64,000 nt of DNA. Origin: Octopus vulgaris. Lineage: Eukaryota. The translations under genes were made by a program, and so were the position numbers. The notes beneath the pieces are model-generated. The model was given only the letters and a program-made list of their open reading frames with translations, was not told where the DNA came from and did not search any database. Positions 36,121-49,180 of this stretch are shown here, one piece after another; position 1 is the first letter of the stretch, and each line of letters starts with the position of its first letter. The stretch lies in assembly GCA_951406725.2 (NCBI GenBank), contig OX597821.1, positions 49,662,001 through 49,726,000 of the forward strand, given 5' to 3'.

Positions 36121-36752
36121 TGAACATTACTATTAATACAGCATCATGTTTATACTACTGCACATAGTAGCAATGGTGTCTGGTATGATTAACCTACAGT
36201 CATCATTAAACAATCTCATTAACAGTAGCAGCAAGAAAGCAAAGAGGAGTATGTCTGGTGAGGTAGTTGAGATGTTAGGGTAGGGATATGTGGTAGAAGA
36301 AGTGTGATAGAGAACTGCTTCAGTCAAAATTCTTTGTAGAATGTACTGAATTTCGTTATTATGGCATCAGCACTATAAAGGTTGTCTAACATGTCTCTCT
36401 CTTCCTCTCCTCTCTCTCTCACACACACACACACACCTTCTTCAGCTTGTATCTTTGTTATTTTGGAATACCTCCTCTTTTCAATAGGTCTCTTCCCACT
36501 CATATAAACACAACCACTCTGATGGTTGTGTTTATATGACCAGCATCCTGGATGAGTTACCTTCATTAACAGTGGAGTCATGTTTTTGAGGGTGGAAAGA
36601 AAGAATATTGTGAATTACATAATGTAACTAGAGTTATTAGGAGAGACTGGATTACTTGATGGTAATGGACAAAGGGATTAATAGGTGTGAAGCGAGGCAT
36701 GACAAGTAACATCTGTTTCTTTCCCTCTCTCTCTTACGATTTTAAAACTTAC

Positions 36753-36962
36753 CTCATCTAGGACATCCATCTCTTCACTTTCAGAGTGAAATAACTTTCT
36801 TTTCAATACATGATGAAGACAGTTATTACCATCTTTATCAACTGCATTGACATCTGCCCCTTTTGATACGAACATATGAACCATTCCAAGATGGCCTTCA
36901 GAGAGAGATAGAAGAAATGGCGTCTGTTGGCAACAGTCCTTAATATCCATATGTATTTGGTC
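36753..36962 (-). CDS. ANK-RING-DEATH gene, exon 6 (ankyrin repeats)
   Basis: CTACACAG acceptor, GAG|GTAAG donor, 210 nt, phase 0-0; QTPFLLSLSEGHLGMVHMFVSKGADVNAVDKDGNNCLH. Confidence 0.88.
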
Positions 36963-37040
36963 CTGTGTAGAGTTAAAAAGAAAAATTGTGAAAATGAATA
37001 CAAAATTTACGGTGACTATTGTTTTGTCATTACTATCTTC

Positions 37041-39320
37041 TACTGGGTAATTACCTAGTCAATAGCCAATTCTCATCAGGGATATTATATGGTGTTTTAT
37101 ATGTGGTTTTGTCCGCAGATTTCAAAAATGTAATCGGTTTCCTTCTATCAGACACAGTTTTCTGATGAGATAAGAGAGGTGTATAACTCCCATCAGCAGT
37201 ATCGCTACAGGTAAACGTCTTATACAGGTAAATTCTGACTTCTGTGTTATAACTATTTGTATTAATTTTGTAATTTTATGTTTTCATAATCTTTCCTTTT
37301 CATAAATTTTACCTTCTGTTTAAGGTGCCAAGTCATCATCATCATCAAATTCTACTCAGGATGTCAAGGCTTTGCAAGAACAGTCCTGATATATTTTGTC
37401 ATGTTTGTGGTTCATTTACCACCAAAGCTCAGCAACGTTCTATCACAAGTGAAATCAAGAAGATCTACCAGTTATACTTTGGCTGCTCTCTCAAGGATCA
37501 AGATAAGAGTTGGGCCTTGCACATCATCTGCTCAGCTTGTTCAAATACACTAAAATGATTTGCTAAATAAGAGGAAGAGAGCAATGCCGTTTGCAATACC
37601 TATGATATGGAGAGAGCCAAAGGATCATTTCATGAACTGTTATTTCTGCAACGTTAATATATGTGGGTTTACTATAAAGACCAAGCATAAGATTGTGTAT
37701 CCCAACTTGGAATCAGCAAGAAGACCAGTACCACACAACGATGATGATCTTCCTATTCCAATACCACCAGAAAATGGCCTTTAGATGTCTGATGAAGATG
37801 TATTTCCTGAAGAAAATACTACTGCTGTGGAAAACACTGAAGTGGATGCAGATTGCACGATTGAAAATGAAGACATACCACAGAAATTTTCTCAAGGAGA
37901 GTTAAATGATTTACTTAGGGACATGTCATTGTTGAAGGATAAAGCTGACCTATTAGCATCTTGCCTATAAGAAAAGTGTCTGCTTAAGAAAGATGTTTGT
38001 ATTACTCATTTCAGGAAGAGAAATAGGTATCTGACTTCATGCTTTTCTGTTGATGGACCACTTCGTTTCAGTAATAACACTGATGAGTTATTTCGCTGTT
38101 TGCTCCAAGAGCATGTTCCAGCTGAATGGTGCTTATTCATTGATTCATCGAAGAGAGGCCTCAAGGCAGTACTACTACACAACAGCAATAAGGAACCATC
38201 CATTCCCATAGGACATTCAGTGCACATGAAGGAGTGTTATGAAAACATGCAAGTACTCCTCAATGCCATAAAGTATACAAACTACGGCTGGAAAATATAT
38301 GGAGACTTGAATGTGATTGGAATGTTGATGGGAATGCAATCTGGGTTAACGAAATATTGTTGCTTTTTATGCCTGTGGGACAGTCAGGCAACTAACAAGC
38401 ACTATGTGCAATCAGAGTGGCCTTTGCAAAAATCATATGAGCTGGGAGTTTCTGGCATCCAGAATAAGCCACTTTTAAACCCAGAAAATGTTCTTCTTCC
38501 CCCTCTTCACATAAAGCTTGGCCTCATGAAACAATTTGTGAAGATACCAGGAAAAGCTCAAAAGGTTTTGAATATGTGAAGGCCAAATTTCAAAAAATCA
38601 CCAAGGCGAAACTGAAGGAGGGCATATTCATAGGTCCACAGATAAAAGAACTCCTGAAGGACAACCACTTCCTCATAGCACTGGATGAAATTGAGCTTAA
38701 AGCCTGGGAATCCTTCAAATGGCTCTGTGAAAATTTCCTAGGCAACAAGAGATCTTTAGAGTTTAGAAATGGAGTGAAATGTCTTCTAGACTCTTACACT
38801 GCATTGGGCTGTTGGATGTCACTAAAAGTCCATTTCCTTGATTCAAATCTGGACTCTTTTGCAGAGAAACTTGGAGCAGTATCTGATGAGCAAGGGGAAT
38901 GCTTTCATCAAGATATTGCATCAATAGAACAATGATATCAAGGATTTTGGAATGCAGTAATGTTAGCTGACTACTGTTGGATGTTATACAGGGATGAACC
39001 TGAGACAAAACACCATAGAAAGTCCAAATCCCAAAGATTTTAAGTTGTTATGCATTTTAGTGCATTCTAACTTATTTGTACACAATGATTTAAATTTTGT
39101 ACAATAAAAAACCATGAAATTATTGTATCTTGTATTCAATATACTTTATATAGACATGCTTTACGTATCTTTTAAGTTAAAACAGCAGATATCATTAACA
39201 TGAAAATGTGACCTGATAGAGGAAACTAGACTTCAGATTCGTAATCAGCATCAAAAATTAACCCAGAAAAGTCAATCAGAAACTCTGATGATTAAAAAAG
39301 TTTCATTTTGTGGACCAGTG
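37041..39320 (+). mobile_element. Chapaev3-like (CMC superfamily) DNA transposon with degenerate transposase
   Basis: C.NSPDIFC.VCG, MPFAIPMIWREPKDH..CYFC, LFIDSSKRGLKAVLLHN, CCFLCLWDS, LPPLHIKLGLMKQFVK, VSDEQGE.FHQDI; right end CCAGTG followed by TAA; inverted subterminal similarity. The left end is approximate. Confidence 0.75.
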
Positions 39321-39759
39321 TAATTGATTAAATTGATCAAGTACATATGATGTTGTCAGTGAAGTCAACCTTCATAGGTCCCCCTATAACTTGCAATGGG
39401 TGAGAGTTAGAGACATGATAAATCTCTAAAGTCTGCTTTATGGAGAGCAAAGACCTCCAGATGGAACCATTTTATGGCAGTTTTGTCCTGAGTTCACTAT
39501 TGTTGCTAATGGTCAAATAACCACAACATCACTTTCATATTACTTAAATTAAATAATGATAGTAGTTGAACCAATACCAAAATTGAATTGACTGTTGTAT
39601 CAATATCTACAATATTGGTTAACACTGAAACCAATAAAAAATGGCAGAGAAACAAAGTCAATTTTTTTACAAATGGGGAGTAATTCCATTATATTATTGA
39701 CAGTTGAACTCACAACACAGATATACCAAAGTATCCAATTCTGGTAGTGTACAGCAGCA

Positions 39760-39842
39760 GCACCACTACCATCAGCAACAGAAACAACAGCAGCAGCAGC
39801 AGCAGCAGCACCACCACCACCACCACCACCACCACCACCACC

Positions 39843-39886
<44 letters not shown>

Positions 39887-39925
39887 AATACACACATATA
39901 TACATATGTGTGTGTGTGTGTGTAT
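39760..39925. repeat. Compound microsatellite (CAG)n(CAC)n(CA)n...(TG)n
   Basis: Read directly from the sequence. Confidence 0.9.
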
Positions 39926-39937
39926 GTGTTCACTAAC

Positions 39938-39974
39938 CTGGGATAGCATCAATGCCACCACATCATAATTGTTC
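39938..39974 (-). CDS. ANK-RING-DEATH gene, exon 5 (37-nt micro-exon)
   Basis: CTGTTTCAG acceptor, CAG|GTTAGT donor, phase 2-0; NNYDVVALMLSQ completes an ankyrin repeat and restores the frame. Confidence 0.85.
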
Positions 39975-40539
39975 CTGAAACAGTAGAAAGAGAAAAGTAA
40001 AAATAAAATATACAAATACTATAGACATTGGGGTAATTAATAACAATGTTATAATTTAATGATTTCAATGAATATAAGTGAATAAAAGCAAATTCCATCG
40101 ATAACGACCTCAATATACACATCTAAGCAACACATGAATATATATACACACATGAACTATATAGGAATGTATATATGATACAACAGAAGTATGATATACA
40201 TATGTAAGAAAGAAAAAAGTTCTGGCCGATGTCAATAAAGCATTGAGTATTAAAAGAATTTGGTCATCAATGTTCAACAATCATACACCAGTAAATGTAA
40301 GTAGAATATAGATGCCAGATGCATCCTTATGCATGACAGATAAATCCAAATATCCTTTCACAGAATTTTGAGAAATTCAAAGTATTTGACAACAAAAAAT
40401 ACGTCTAGAGAAAATTACATCTTTATTATAGATTCTCACATTATAAAGCCAACAATTGTTTCTGTTGCATTAATACATACATACATACATACATACATAC
40501 ATACATACATACATACATACATACATACATACATACAGC

Positions 40540-41160
40540 AAGCTCTCATTAGGAACAATAGCACACCACACTGGTTAGCTCTGGCAGAGAAAAAATTGAC
40601 CCCCAAATGCAGGTCCACCCACATGGCAAAAAACTGCTGGCCAGTTGCATGCCAGAACTTAATGTATAAGATGTATACAGCATGTTTAAACTTCTTCCTC
40701 CAGGACCATTGTGAAACCAATTCCATCATTACAGCAGAACAAGCAGCTAGAAATAAATCTGGAGATGTGCTGAGCAATTGTTAATCAACAAAACTGTGAT
40801 GTCAGAGGTGTGACAGCGTAGCAGGAATCTGGTTTCAATATGGCTAGACTACAAGAAAGCCTTTGACTCTATTCTCCACTTATGGATGCTAGAAACCCTT
40901 CAACTTGCTAAAGTTCCAGTGAACATAGTCAAAGCCATAGCTGACCTGTCTTCATCGTGGGCCACCATCTTGAAATTAAACACAAAGAGTGACTGTATTA
41001 TCACTGATAGAATACAGTATTGCAAAGGCATATTCCAAGGAGACAGCCTCTTTGTGATGTTTATACTTTCTATAAGCCCCTTGTCATTCATGTTAAGGAG
41101 GTCTGAAGGATATCTCACTGGTTCTTAAGGAAATAGAAATACCAAAATTACACACTGTCT
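40540..41160 (+). mobile_element. RT fragment of an RLE-type (R4/NeSL-like) non-LTR retrotransposon
   Basis: WLDYKKAFDSIPHLWMLETL and GIFQGDSL motifs. Confidence 0.75.
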
Positions 41161-41322
41161 TCCTTACACCTACACCAGAGAAACTCATTGTATACATTGG
41201 TAGCCATTAAAATAAACTCACCAGATTGTTCATTTACAAATTTATGTGATAGAGAAGAAAGGGAAGAAAGGCAGAGAGAAAAAAAGTAAACAAAGAAAAT
41301 AAAGGGAAAAAAGAAAGAAAAG

Positions 41323-41815
41323 TCACAGCAACAATGCTCTTCTCAGTACATGTGACATATTAGTTAAGACAATCTTTTGCACTTCCTGCATGGATGGTAA
41401 ACCAGGGATCATTCTTAAATAATTTTCAGTTCTTTTTTTTATCATTCCAAGCGCTCCTACAACCACTGGTATTGTAACCATCTTGAGATGCCACATCTCG
41501 ATTTTGATTAGCAAATCTTTATATTTTCTGAGTTTATCAAATTCTTTTGCTGAGATATTATGGTCACAGGGTATGCTTATGTTAATCAATAAACTGACTT
41601 TATTGTTTTAGTCTTTCACAACAATATCTGGTTTATTTGCTTTGATGGTCTGGTCTGTACATCTGGGAAGTCCCAAAGAATAGTTACATTTTCTCCCTCA
41701 GTTACAGCCTCAGGGTGGTGCCTGAACCATTTGTCAGCAGTTTTGATTTTATAATGCCAACACATTATCCAATGTAGCTATTGACCAACTCTGTCATATC
41801 TTGATTTATACTCTT
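41323..41815 (-). mobile_element. RLE-type LINE 3' fragment (restriction-like endonuclease)
   Basis: ANKPDIVV, K..KYKDL and IPVVVGALG motifs. Confidence 0.75.
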
Positions 41816-41837
41816 TGTTGTTGTTGTTGTTATTATT

Positions 41838-42659
41838 CTATGTTTGACTTTTGCTTTACATTTGTACAAGTTGGCTCCAAGTCTCACCCAGGGACCTCAA
41901 GAGACAACAAGTTAGAAGTTCATGTTAGTGTTATGCCTAGGGTGCCATATATTTGGCTTTGTACATAGTGTTGTTTTAGAGAATGTTTAAGAAACCATAA
42001 GAAAATTATGTGTTTGTTTTAAAATTTGAAATTACATAGACTATTTTATATAGGATATGGGCAGTTCCCATGAGCACTATCTTTTGAATTTCTGCCATTT
42101 TGGGGTTTCCTGGTATCTGAGCTAGGTAGCAATCAACCCCTTTTGCTATCATTCCTAGGGCACCTATGACAACAGGTATTGTTTTAGTCTTCAGGTTCCA
42201 CATTTTGCTAATTTCGATTTCAAGATCTTTATATTTGCTCAGTTTTTGGTAGGTCTTGACAGATACGTTTATATCAATTAGGACAGTCATATCAATGAGG
42301 AGGCATGATTTTTGTCTGAAGTCTTTCAATATGATGTCTGGCCTATTTGCATCTATCTTTCTGTCAGTTTGAATGGTGAAGTTCCAGAGGAGTGAGATGT
42401 GATCATTTTCAAGCACTGTCGGTGGTTTGTGTTCCCACCAGTTTTTATCATGGGGGAGGTCCAGGTTTTTGCAAATTACCCAGTGAATATATTGTGCAGC
42501 TCTATCATGCCTGTTGAGATACTCTGTAGGCGCAAAAAGACTGCACATGGAGACAACATGCTCATTGGTTTCATTTGAAGCTACCGTTCTTTAATATGTT
42601 GGCCTGGTAGCTTCTTGTAGGTAAGCATTGATCTTGGGCTGCGATGATAAACCTTTCTG

Positions 42660-42661
<2 letters not shown>
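41838..42661 (-). mobile_element. 5'-truncated R4/Dong-like LINE inserted in a (TAA)n microsatellite
   Basis: ORF with EHVVSMC...YLNRHD, RPDIIL..LIDMTV, K..KYKDL (PD-D/ExK RLE); flanked by (TAA)n at 42662-42776 and TAA/CAA repeats at 41816-41837. Confidence 0.8.
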
Positions 42662-42724
<63 letters not shown>

Positions 42725-42727
42725 TAC

Positions 42728-42773
<46 letters not shown>

Positions 42774-42776
42774 ATA
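42662..42776. repeat. (TTA)n microsatellite
   Basis: Read directly from the sequence. Confidence 0.95.
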
Positions 42777-43079
42777 AAAGAGCTATTACATGCTAATTTA
42801 ATTAGCAGAGGTGTTATCCTGAGGTTTGGTGGCAAATTTCCTCAAATCTCACTGATGGTAAAGGTGATGATGAAGATGATGGTGATGATGATGATTGTGA
42901 TAGTGGTGGTGGTAGTGGTGGTGATGATGATAATTACTTAATGAAGTAGTGTTATGAGTCGTTGATAACCTGTGGAGAGACAACATTAACGACTCAATGA
43001 AAACAAATATTATTTGAAACAGAAAAACCAAAGATAAAAGAAACAGATGTCAAGATTCTTGATCTGTTCTTGAACTTAC

Positions 43080-43828
43080 TGTAGAACTGCCAGATGTAGA
43101 GGTGTGTTATTATATTTATTCTTCAAATTAACATCAGGTTTATGTTGCAACAATATTTTCACTGTGTCTGCATCTCCACCATTACCACAGGCCACATGTA
43201 GCGGTGTATCACCTTTGTTATTCACCACTTTGACATCAGCTGTAGACTTCAATAAAACCTCTACTATACCAGAGTGTTTTCCATAACAGGCCAAATGTAG
43301 AGGTGTGTTATTATACTTATTTTTTATATTGACATCAGCTGTAAATTTTAGTAACACCTTTACAGTGCTAGAGTGTCCACTATAACAGGCCACATGTAGA
43401 GGGCTTCTGCCATATCTATCCTCCACATTAATATCAGCTTTAGACTGCAATAACACCTCTACTGTATTGTGATGTCCTCTAAGACAGGCCATATGTAAAG
43501 GTGTGCTATGACAGTTATCTACCACATTAATGTCAGATTTAAATTGCAATAAGACTAAAACTGTAGCAGAGTATCCTTCACTACAGGCCATATGTAAAGG
43601 TGTTTTCCCATACTCATCCACCATATTGACATTGGCTTTAAACTGCAATAACATTTGTACTATTTCTGTGTATCCACCACGACAGGCCATATGTAGAGGT
43701 GTTCTACCATGTTTATCAGCCATATTGACATCAACATTAGACTTCAGTAACAATTCAACTAAGTTATGGTATCCATCCTCACATGCCATATATAGAGGTG
43801 TCCTACTGTGAGAATCTTGTTGATTGAT
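43080..43828 (-). CDS. ANK-RING-DEATH gene, exon 4 (about 7.5 tandem ankyrin repeats)
   Basis: TTTTTCCAG acceptor, CA|GTAAG donor, 749 nt, phase 0-2; 33-aa repeats TPLH.AC..G...V..LL...ADVN. Confidence 0.92.
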
Positions 43829-45101
43829 CTGGAAAAATAAAGACATTAAAATGGTGGTTAGAGAAAGGGGAATGATAAAAAGGAAAAGTAATAAAATGTA
43901 ACAAATAAAGGGGAAAAAATTAGATTAATAAAAAAGGTGAAATGAGGTTATAAGGAAGTAGGAGGGGTAGAGACAGTTCTCCACCAAACTGAATGCATTT
44001 TTTTAAGCAATGATGGTCCAGTCTTCAGCTATACTTTGAGATCAGATATTTGAAAATTGATTCATTAAAAAATGTTAGGTCAAAATATGTGAGGTTAAAA
44101 AGTGTGTGTAAGGTGAAAAATTGACTTTGAATCAAAATTAATCAGTTATTTTAAAAGAAAAGTATAGATTAATTGGTTTTGAAAGAATGTACTCATTGAG
44201 ATGAATCTTTTGGTGAAAAGCATGTGTTGGCTTCAACAGAACCTGAAAATAAAAGTAGATAAATAACAAATATTTATGGAAATTGCCAAACAATCAGCTG
44301 TTCATTTTGGCATTTATGTGACTTTAATCAGAAGAATGCTTAACCAAATGAAACTTGGTCTATTGACACTTAGAACACAATACAAGCTTTACTTCAGACA
44401 TATGGAAGTATTTGTGCAGTTCTAAATACTGGTTATTTGTCATGTAATTAAAATTTTAAATTCCTATAGATGATGATGGTGATGATTGTATGTGTGTGTG
44501 TGTGTATGTATAGATACACACACACAAAGTCACACACAGAGTTATTTTCATATACAGTAACTTTATAAATTTGAACAGTAACTCAAGTTTCACGTACATA
44601 AGAAAATACAGTGATACCTTGCAGTATGAGTTTAATTTGTTTCACGATTTACTCATTTTGCAAATCAATTTTATATTTAATCCATTCCAGCCCCTCAAAA
44701 CCACCCAAAAATAATTTTTTATGGGTTTTAAAACAGAAAAGGTGCAGTTACAACGAAAATGACAATTATAAAAACATACTAAAAGAGAATGCAAAAGAAA
44801 TATATAAACTGGTTTTATTAATTTAATTACCTTGAAGATGAGATGATTAGTGTGCAAAGAAGTTGATGGAGTGGGGAGGAGGAGGAGGATTATTGTTTGG
44901 AAGGACAATCTTCTTCCCTTAAGACTTCAAGAAGAACAATTTTTGGGATTTTCTCTCTCACTTCACTTAATTCAAGCTTTTTGGATAAACTTTCTTCACT
45001 TTTCACACTTGCAGGTCATTTCGTCAGTAACATATCAAGAAAAGTCTACTTTTTCCTGCTTTTCAAAATGTTATGAAAATGCACCAGAGCAGAGTCATTA
45101 A

Positions 45102-46516
45102 CCCTTTTAAAATGGTTGTAAATTTACACTTGCAATGTACATGCTTTAAATCAGTCAACATAATTTTACACTGTCTGACTTAGAACCTATTGCCTGAGTT
45201 AGTACTGGTCCACCAGCCAACTAACAGGCTGATTAGATGTTTCATGTAAATATTTACAATCCGATAGGCTGGTCTTGCCACTCTTGCTCTGTCAACTTTG
45301 TCATCATGTCCTGTTTCCTTGAATTTATGGTCGTTGCATCCTACCACTCTGGTGCCGTCAACTTCATCATTGCATCTTGTTTCATCTAATTTACGGTCAT
45401 CATGCCAAGCTACACCAAGCTCCATCACCTCACCAGTTCTTCTGGCTTGGATGATAACTCAGGGAGTGAGTATTTTCTTAGTTCAGAATCAGATAATTCC
45501 AATAGCAATGATGATATTCCAGTGAATCAAAGGTACAGTGGGCAGCAGTGAATGGCTTTGGACAAGAGAATGTCTTGTGGTGAGCGAGAGACAATTTTGT
45601 CCAATGGCATGAGTTTACTGGTACACCTGGCAAACCTTGAACATGGAAGTTTGCCATTGGAAATCTTCCACGAGTTTTTGACAGATGAAATGTTCCAATA
45701 TATAGCAGACAAAATGAATGACTGCTGAAAACCATCCCCAGCATATCAGACCTGGGCATGGCAGTAACTGGTTTCCAACCACAAGCGACAAAATCCAAAG
45801 TTCTGCTTGCCTTGCCGATACTGATGGGCATCATAAAGAAATTAACCCTGGCGTCATATTTGAATTGGGATCCAACCATGTCAACACCTTTCTTTCAGGA
45901 AACGATGCCAGGTGATGGATTTTTGATGCTTCTTCAAAATCTACATTTCAACTCAGCCAAGAACCAGGATGACAGGCTGCACAAAATACGTCCTATCGAC
46001 AAAGTGGCTGAAAATTTCGAATGGTTTATGTCCCCTCACAAGACATTTGTATGGACAAGAGTTTATGGAAATTCAAGAGAAGGCTCAAATTCAAACAATA
46101 CAACCCGACCAAATGTGCCTGCTTTGGAGTCAAGGTTTATAAAGTATGCCAGTCAACTAGCATAGCCTGTGGGTACATGTGGAATTACAAAATTTACACT
46201 GATCAGGACAGATTGAATCTTCCAGCGTCTACTCTAGCATCAACTGATGTCATGTTTGACAAAGACTACAATATTTATATGAATAACTAGTTTTCCAGTC
46301 CAGACCTCTTCCTGCAGCTGCATGCGAGGAGGACTGATGCTTGTAGGACTGTGAAGATGCACAGAAAAACATGCTGCCCAATCTTCACAAGATAAAACTT
46401 CAAAAGGGGAAGCAACTGAATGAATTACTGTCAATGCAACCTAGCTGCCAGATGAAAAAAAATCATGCAGTTATAATAAAGCAGTTGCACGACCTGTAGA
46501 TACTTTTCCAGGATGA
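45102..46516 (+). mobile_element. piggyBac-like element (PGBD4-type transposase remnant) nested in Tigger; right end missing
   Basis: TTAA|CCCT left end; DRLHKIRP and YVPSQDICMDKSLWKFKRRLKFKQYNPTK..FGVK motifs. Confidence 0.8.
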
Positions 46517-46960
46517 TTATTTTTCTACAAATTCAGAAACATACTGCCACTTTGCCAATACTGCCTTTATGTCAGTTGTAGAGATAGCCGTCTCCACTAC
46601 AATGTTCTCCTCCAGAGAACCAGTGTCTTCCACTGCATCTGAATGCTGCTGCTCTTGAAGCTGCAGGGGTTCATCTGTTGTCAGCTCCCTTGAGTGTTTC
46701 TCAACGAGATCATTAATGTCCCCAATGTCAACTTTGTGGCCCAAGAGACACTGTCTCCTTGACTATAGGTGTCTCAGATTCAAACCCCTCAGAGTCTCTT
46801 TCAGACACGTAGTTACACCAGTTTCCACCATGCAGAATTCAGTTTTCTTCTCATTACACCCTGCCAGGCCATATTGATGATTTTCAGGCAGTTAACAATG
46901 TTGTAGTGCTCTTTCCAAAAGTCATGAAGGGTTAGATTTGTATTTTTGGTGTTTGGTGTA

Positions 46961-47137
46961 CATCATCATCATCATCATCGTCGTTTAACGTCCGTTCTCC
47001 ATGCTAGCATGGGTTGGACGGTTCGACCGGGGTTCTGGGAAGCCAGAAGGCTGCACCAGGCTCCAGTCTAATCTGGCAATGTTTCTACAGCTGGATGCCC
47101 TTCCTAACGCCAACCACTCCGTGAGTGTAGTGGGTGC
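46961..47137 (-). mobile_element. SINE family C, 3' part nested in Tigger
   Basis: (CAT)n then CGTTTAACGTCCGTTCTCCATGCTAGCATGG...GATGCCCTTCCTAACGCCAACC. Confidence 0.85.
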
Positions 47138-48559
47138 ACCTATTTGTCCTTGGGCTGCAAGATAGGGGTGGTGTTGCATGAAAGGTAGAGGAGTTTTATG
47201 TATTTAAATTCATCCAGGATATCATCTTCAAGGATAGGAAGGTGAGCAGGAGCATTGTCAAGGACAATCTTGAGAGGAAGATGGTTCTCTAGAAAGTACT
47301 TCTTCACTACTGCTCCAAAGACAAGGTTGACACACTCAGTGAAGAATTGCCTGATGACCAGGCCTTAACGCTGTCCTTCACATGATCTGAGGCTTCTCTT
47401 TCAAGATTTTGTGTGACTTGGATGCTCATGGGTTTTCTGAATGGTAGACAAGGAGCAGCTTAATCTTAAAGTCTCCACTTGCACTAGCACAAAGGGTGAG
47501 AGTTAGCCTATCTTTCATTGGCTTGTAGCCTGGCATTGTCTTTCCTCTGCAATTATGTAGGTTTTTCTAGGCATTTTCTTTTCCAAAAAAGGCCAGTTTT
47601 ATCACAGTTGAATACCTGTTGTGTGATGTACCCCTTGGTTGCAAAGTGCTGATGGAATTCACACACAAAATCCTCAGCTGCCATCATGTCAGAACTTGTT
47701 GTTTCTCTATACCTGATGCTATGAACACCAGTCCTCTTCTTGAAATTATCAAACCACCCATGATTGGCCTTTAATGTGTCTTCTGATGTCTCCTCTGTCG
47801 ATGTTCCAGGGTTCTGCCTCAGGAAATCCCCATAGAGCGCTTTCTTGCAGATGATGGTAATCATATCCCCTGTGAGTTGCCTTTCTTTGATCTACAGGAG
47901 AAGAAATTTTTCCATGTCTTTGTGGATAGATGTGCATTGCTTAGAGAGCCTGGAGACACCCTTTGCTGTTGCAATGACCTTGATCTCGTCCTTTTTCTTC
48001 AGGATGGTGCAGATCGTTGATGTGCTTCAGTTGTATTCACATGCTATGTCCACTACATGCACTCCTCTCTCATGTTTATCCATGATTTCCTTCTTCAGTT
48101 CTATCGTAATCAGCTTTTTCTTCTTCTCAGCACTGTCCTTTGCACTAACCTTTCTAAGACCTATGGCTAACAAAAGTAATTATCATAAAATAAGAGCAAA
48201 AAATGCATAAAACTAAAAAAAGACATTGGGAAGAACACAGTAGGGATGTTGCATGAGATTAAACACATGAAATGAGTGAGTGGAGGTTGTGCTTGTTAGG
48301 AGAGTGTATGTGAGCTCAGTGCCAGATAGCAGTCACTTGTATGAAATTCACTCATACTGTTGATTACCAGTTGTACTTCAAGACAAAAATTTGCACAAGC
48401 CTCAGCTCATACAATGGTACACTTGTACTGCAAGGTTCTACTGTAATAGGCATGGTTTGGAATAAGAGCAGAGCCTCTTCACTTATTTCAGTCATCAAAA
48501 TGTCTTGGAGAATAGCAATGATGGTCATTGATGATATGTTAGAACACACAAGAAAACAT

Positions 48560-49060
48560 AGTATTTGTCAATATTGTGATAAAGGTTTTGATTTACACAA
48601 ACCTTGGCTTTTATAAATCTGAGTTTCTGCTCCTTATGAAAGTTCTGTTGTCAATCAAAGTTGTAAAAAAAAAATTTCAGTATAAGTAAAATTAAAATCC
48701 AAAGGTAGCAGCTCAGGTCAACATAGTCTTGGTTGCATTCATTAGGTTATTGTGAAAGAAGGACAATAAAATAGTGGATGCGTTCAGCTTTGTCTGTGTT
48801 GTACTGCTAATCAGAATACATCTGATGTGAATATCTCCTTTCTTGTTGTCAGTTGTTGGAGCAATTTGTTCTAAGTGGTATGTACATTTTTTCTGCTATG
48901 CAAAAGCTGCAGTTCCTTGTGTCATTTGTGTATGGCTTTGCTCTTTTGAGAGTTTGCTGTTTAAAGCTACAGTCAAAGTTTTGGTCGTGTATTTTCCAGA
49001 TTCGGTTACCCAGTGCCATGAGGTTCTTTTTGGATAATTTGAGGTTGTACAATCTTTTCA
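48560..49060 (-). mobile_element. Penelope-like element GIY-YIG C-terminal fragment
   Basis: IWKI...LKRAKPYTNDTRNCSFCIAEKMYI resembles PLE endonuclease C-termini (C..C..EK..I). Confidence 0.55.
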
Positions 49061-49107
49061 GATATGTGCATGCATATCTAAACATGCAGGCAAACACACA
49101 CATACAT

Positions 49108-49150
<43 letters not shown>

Positions 49151-49180
49151 CAAACACATGCACACACACATACACACACA

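Larger units (their letters stand above)
44609..48443 (-). mobile_element. Tigger/pogo-like DNA transposon (degenerate) hosting nested insertions
   Basis: TIRs CAGTGATACCTTGCAGTATGAGT / CAGTAGAACCTTGCAGTACAAGT with TA TSD; transposase remnants (ITIELKKEIMDKHERG, KANHGWFDNFKKR, QVFNCDKTGLFWK, HSRELTTDE). Confidence 0.85.

Noticed and set aside
37162-37200. CTGATGAG motif
   Set aside because: No downstream GAAA or stems; it is part of the transposon subterminal region.
39600-40015. Poly-Q/poly-H/poly-V ORFs
   Set aside because: Microsatellite translations; only the 37-nt exon 39938-39974 is supported.
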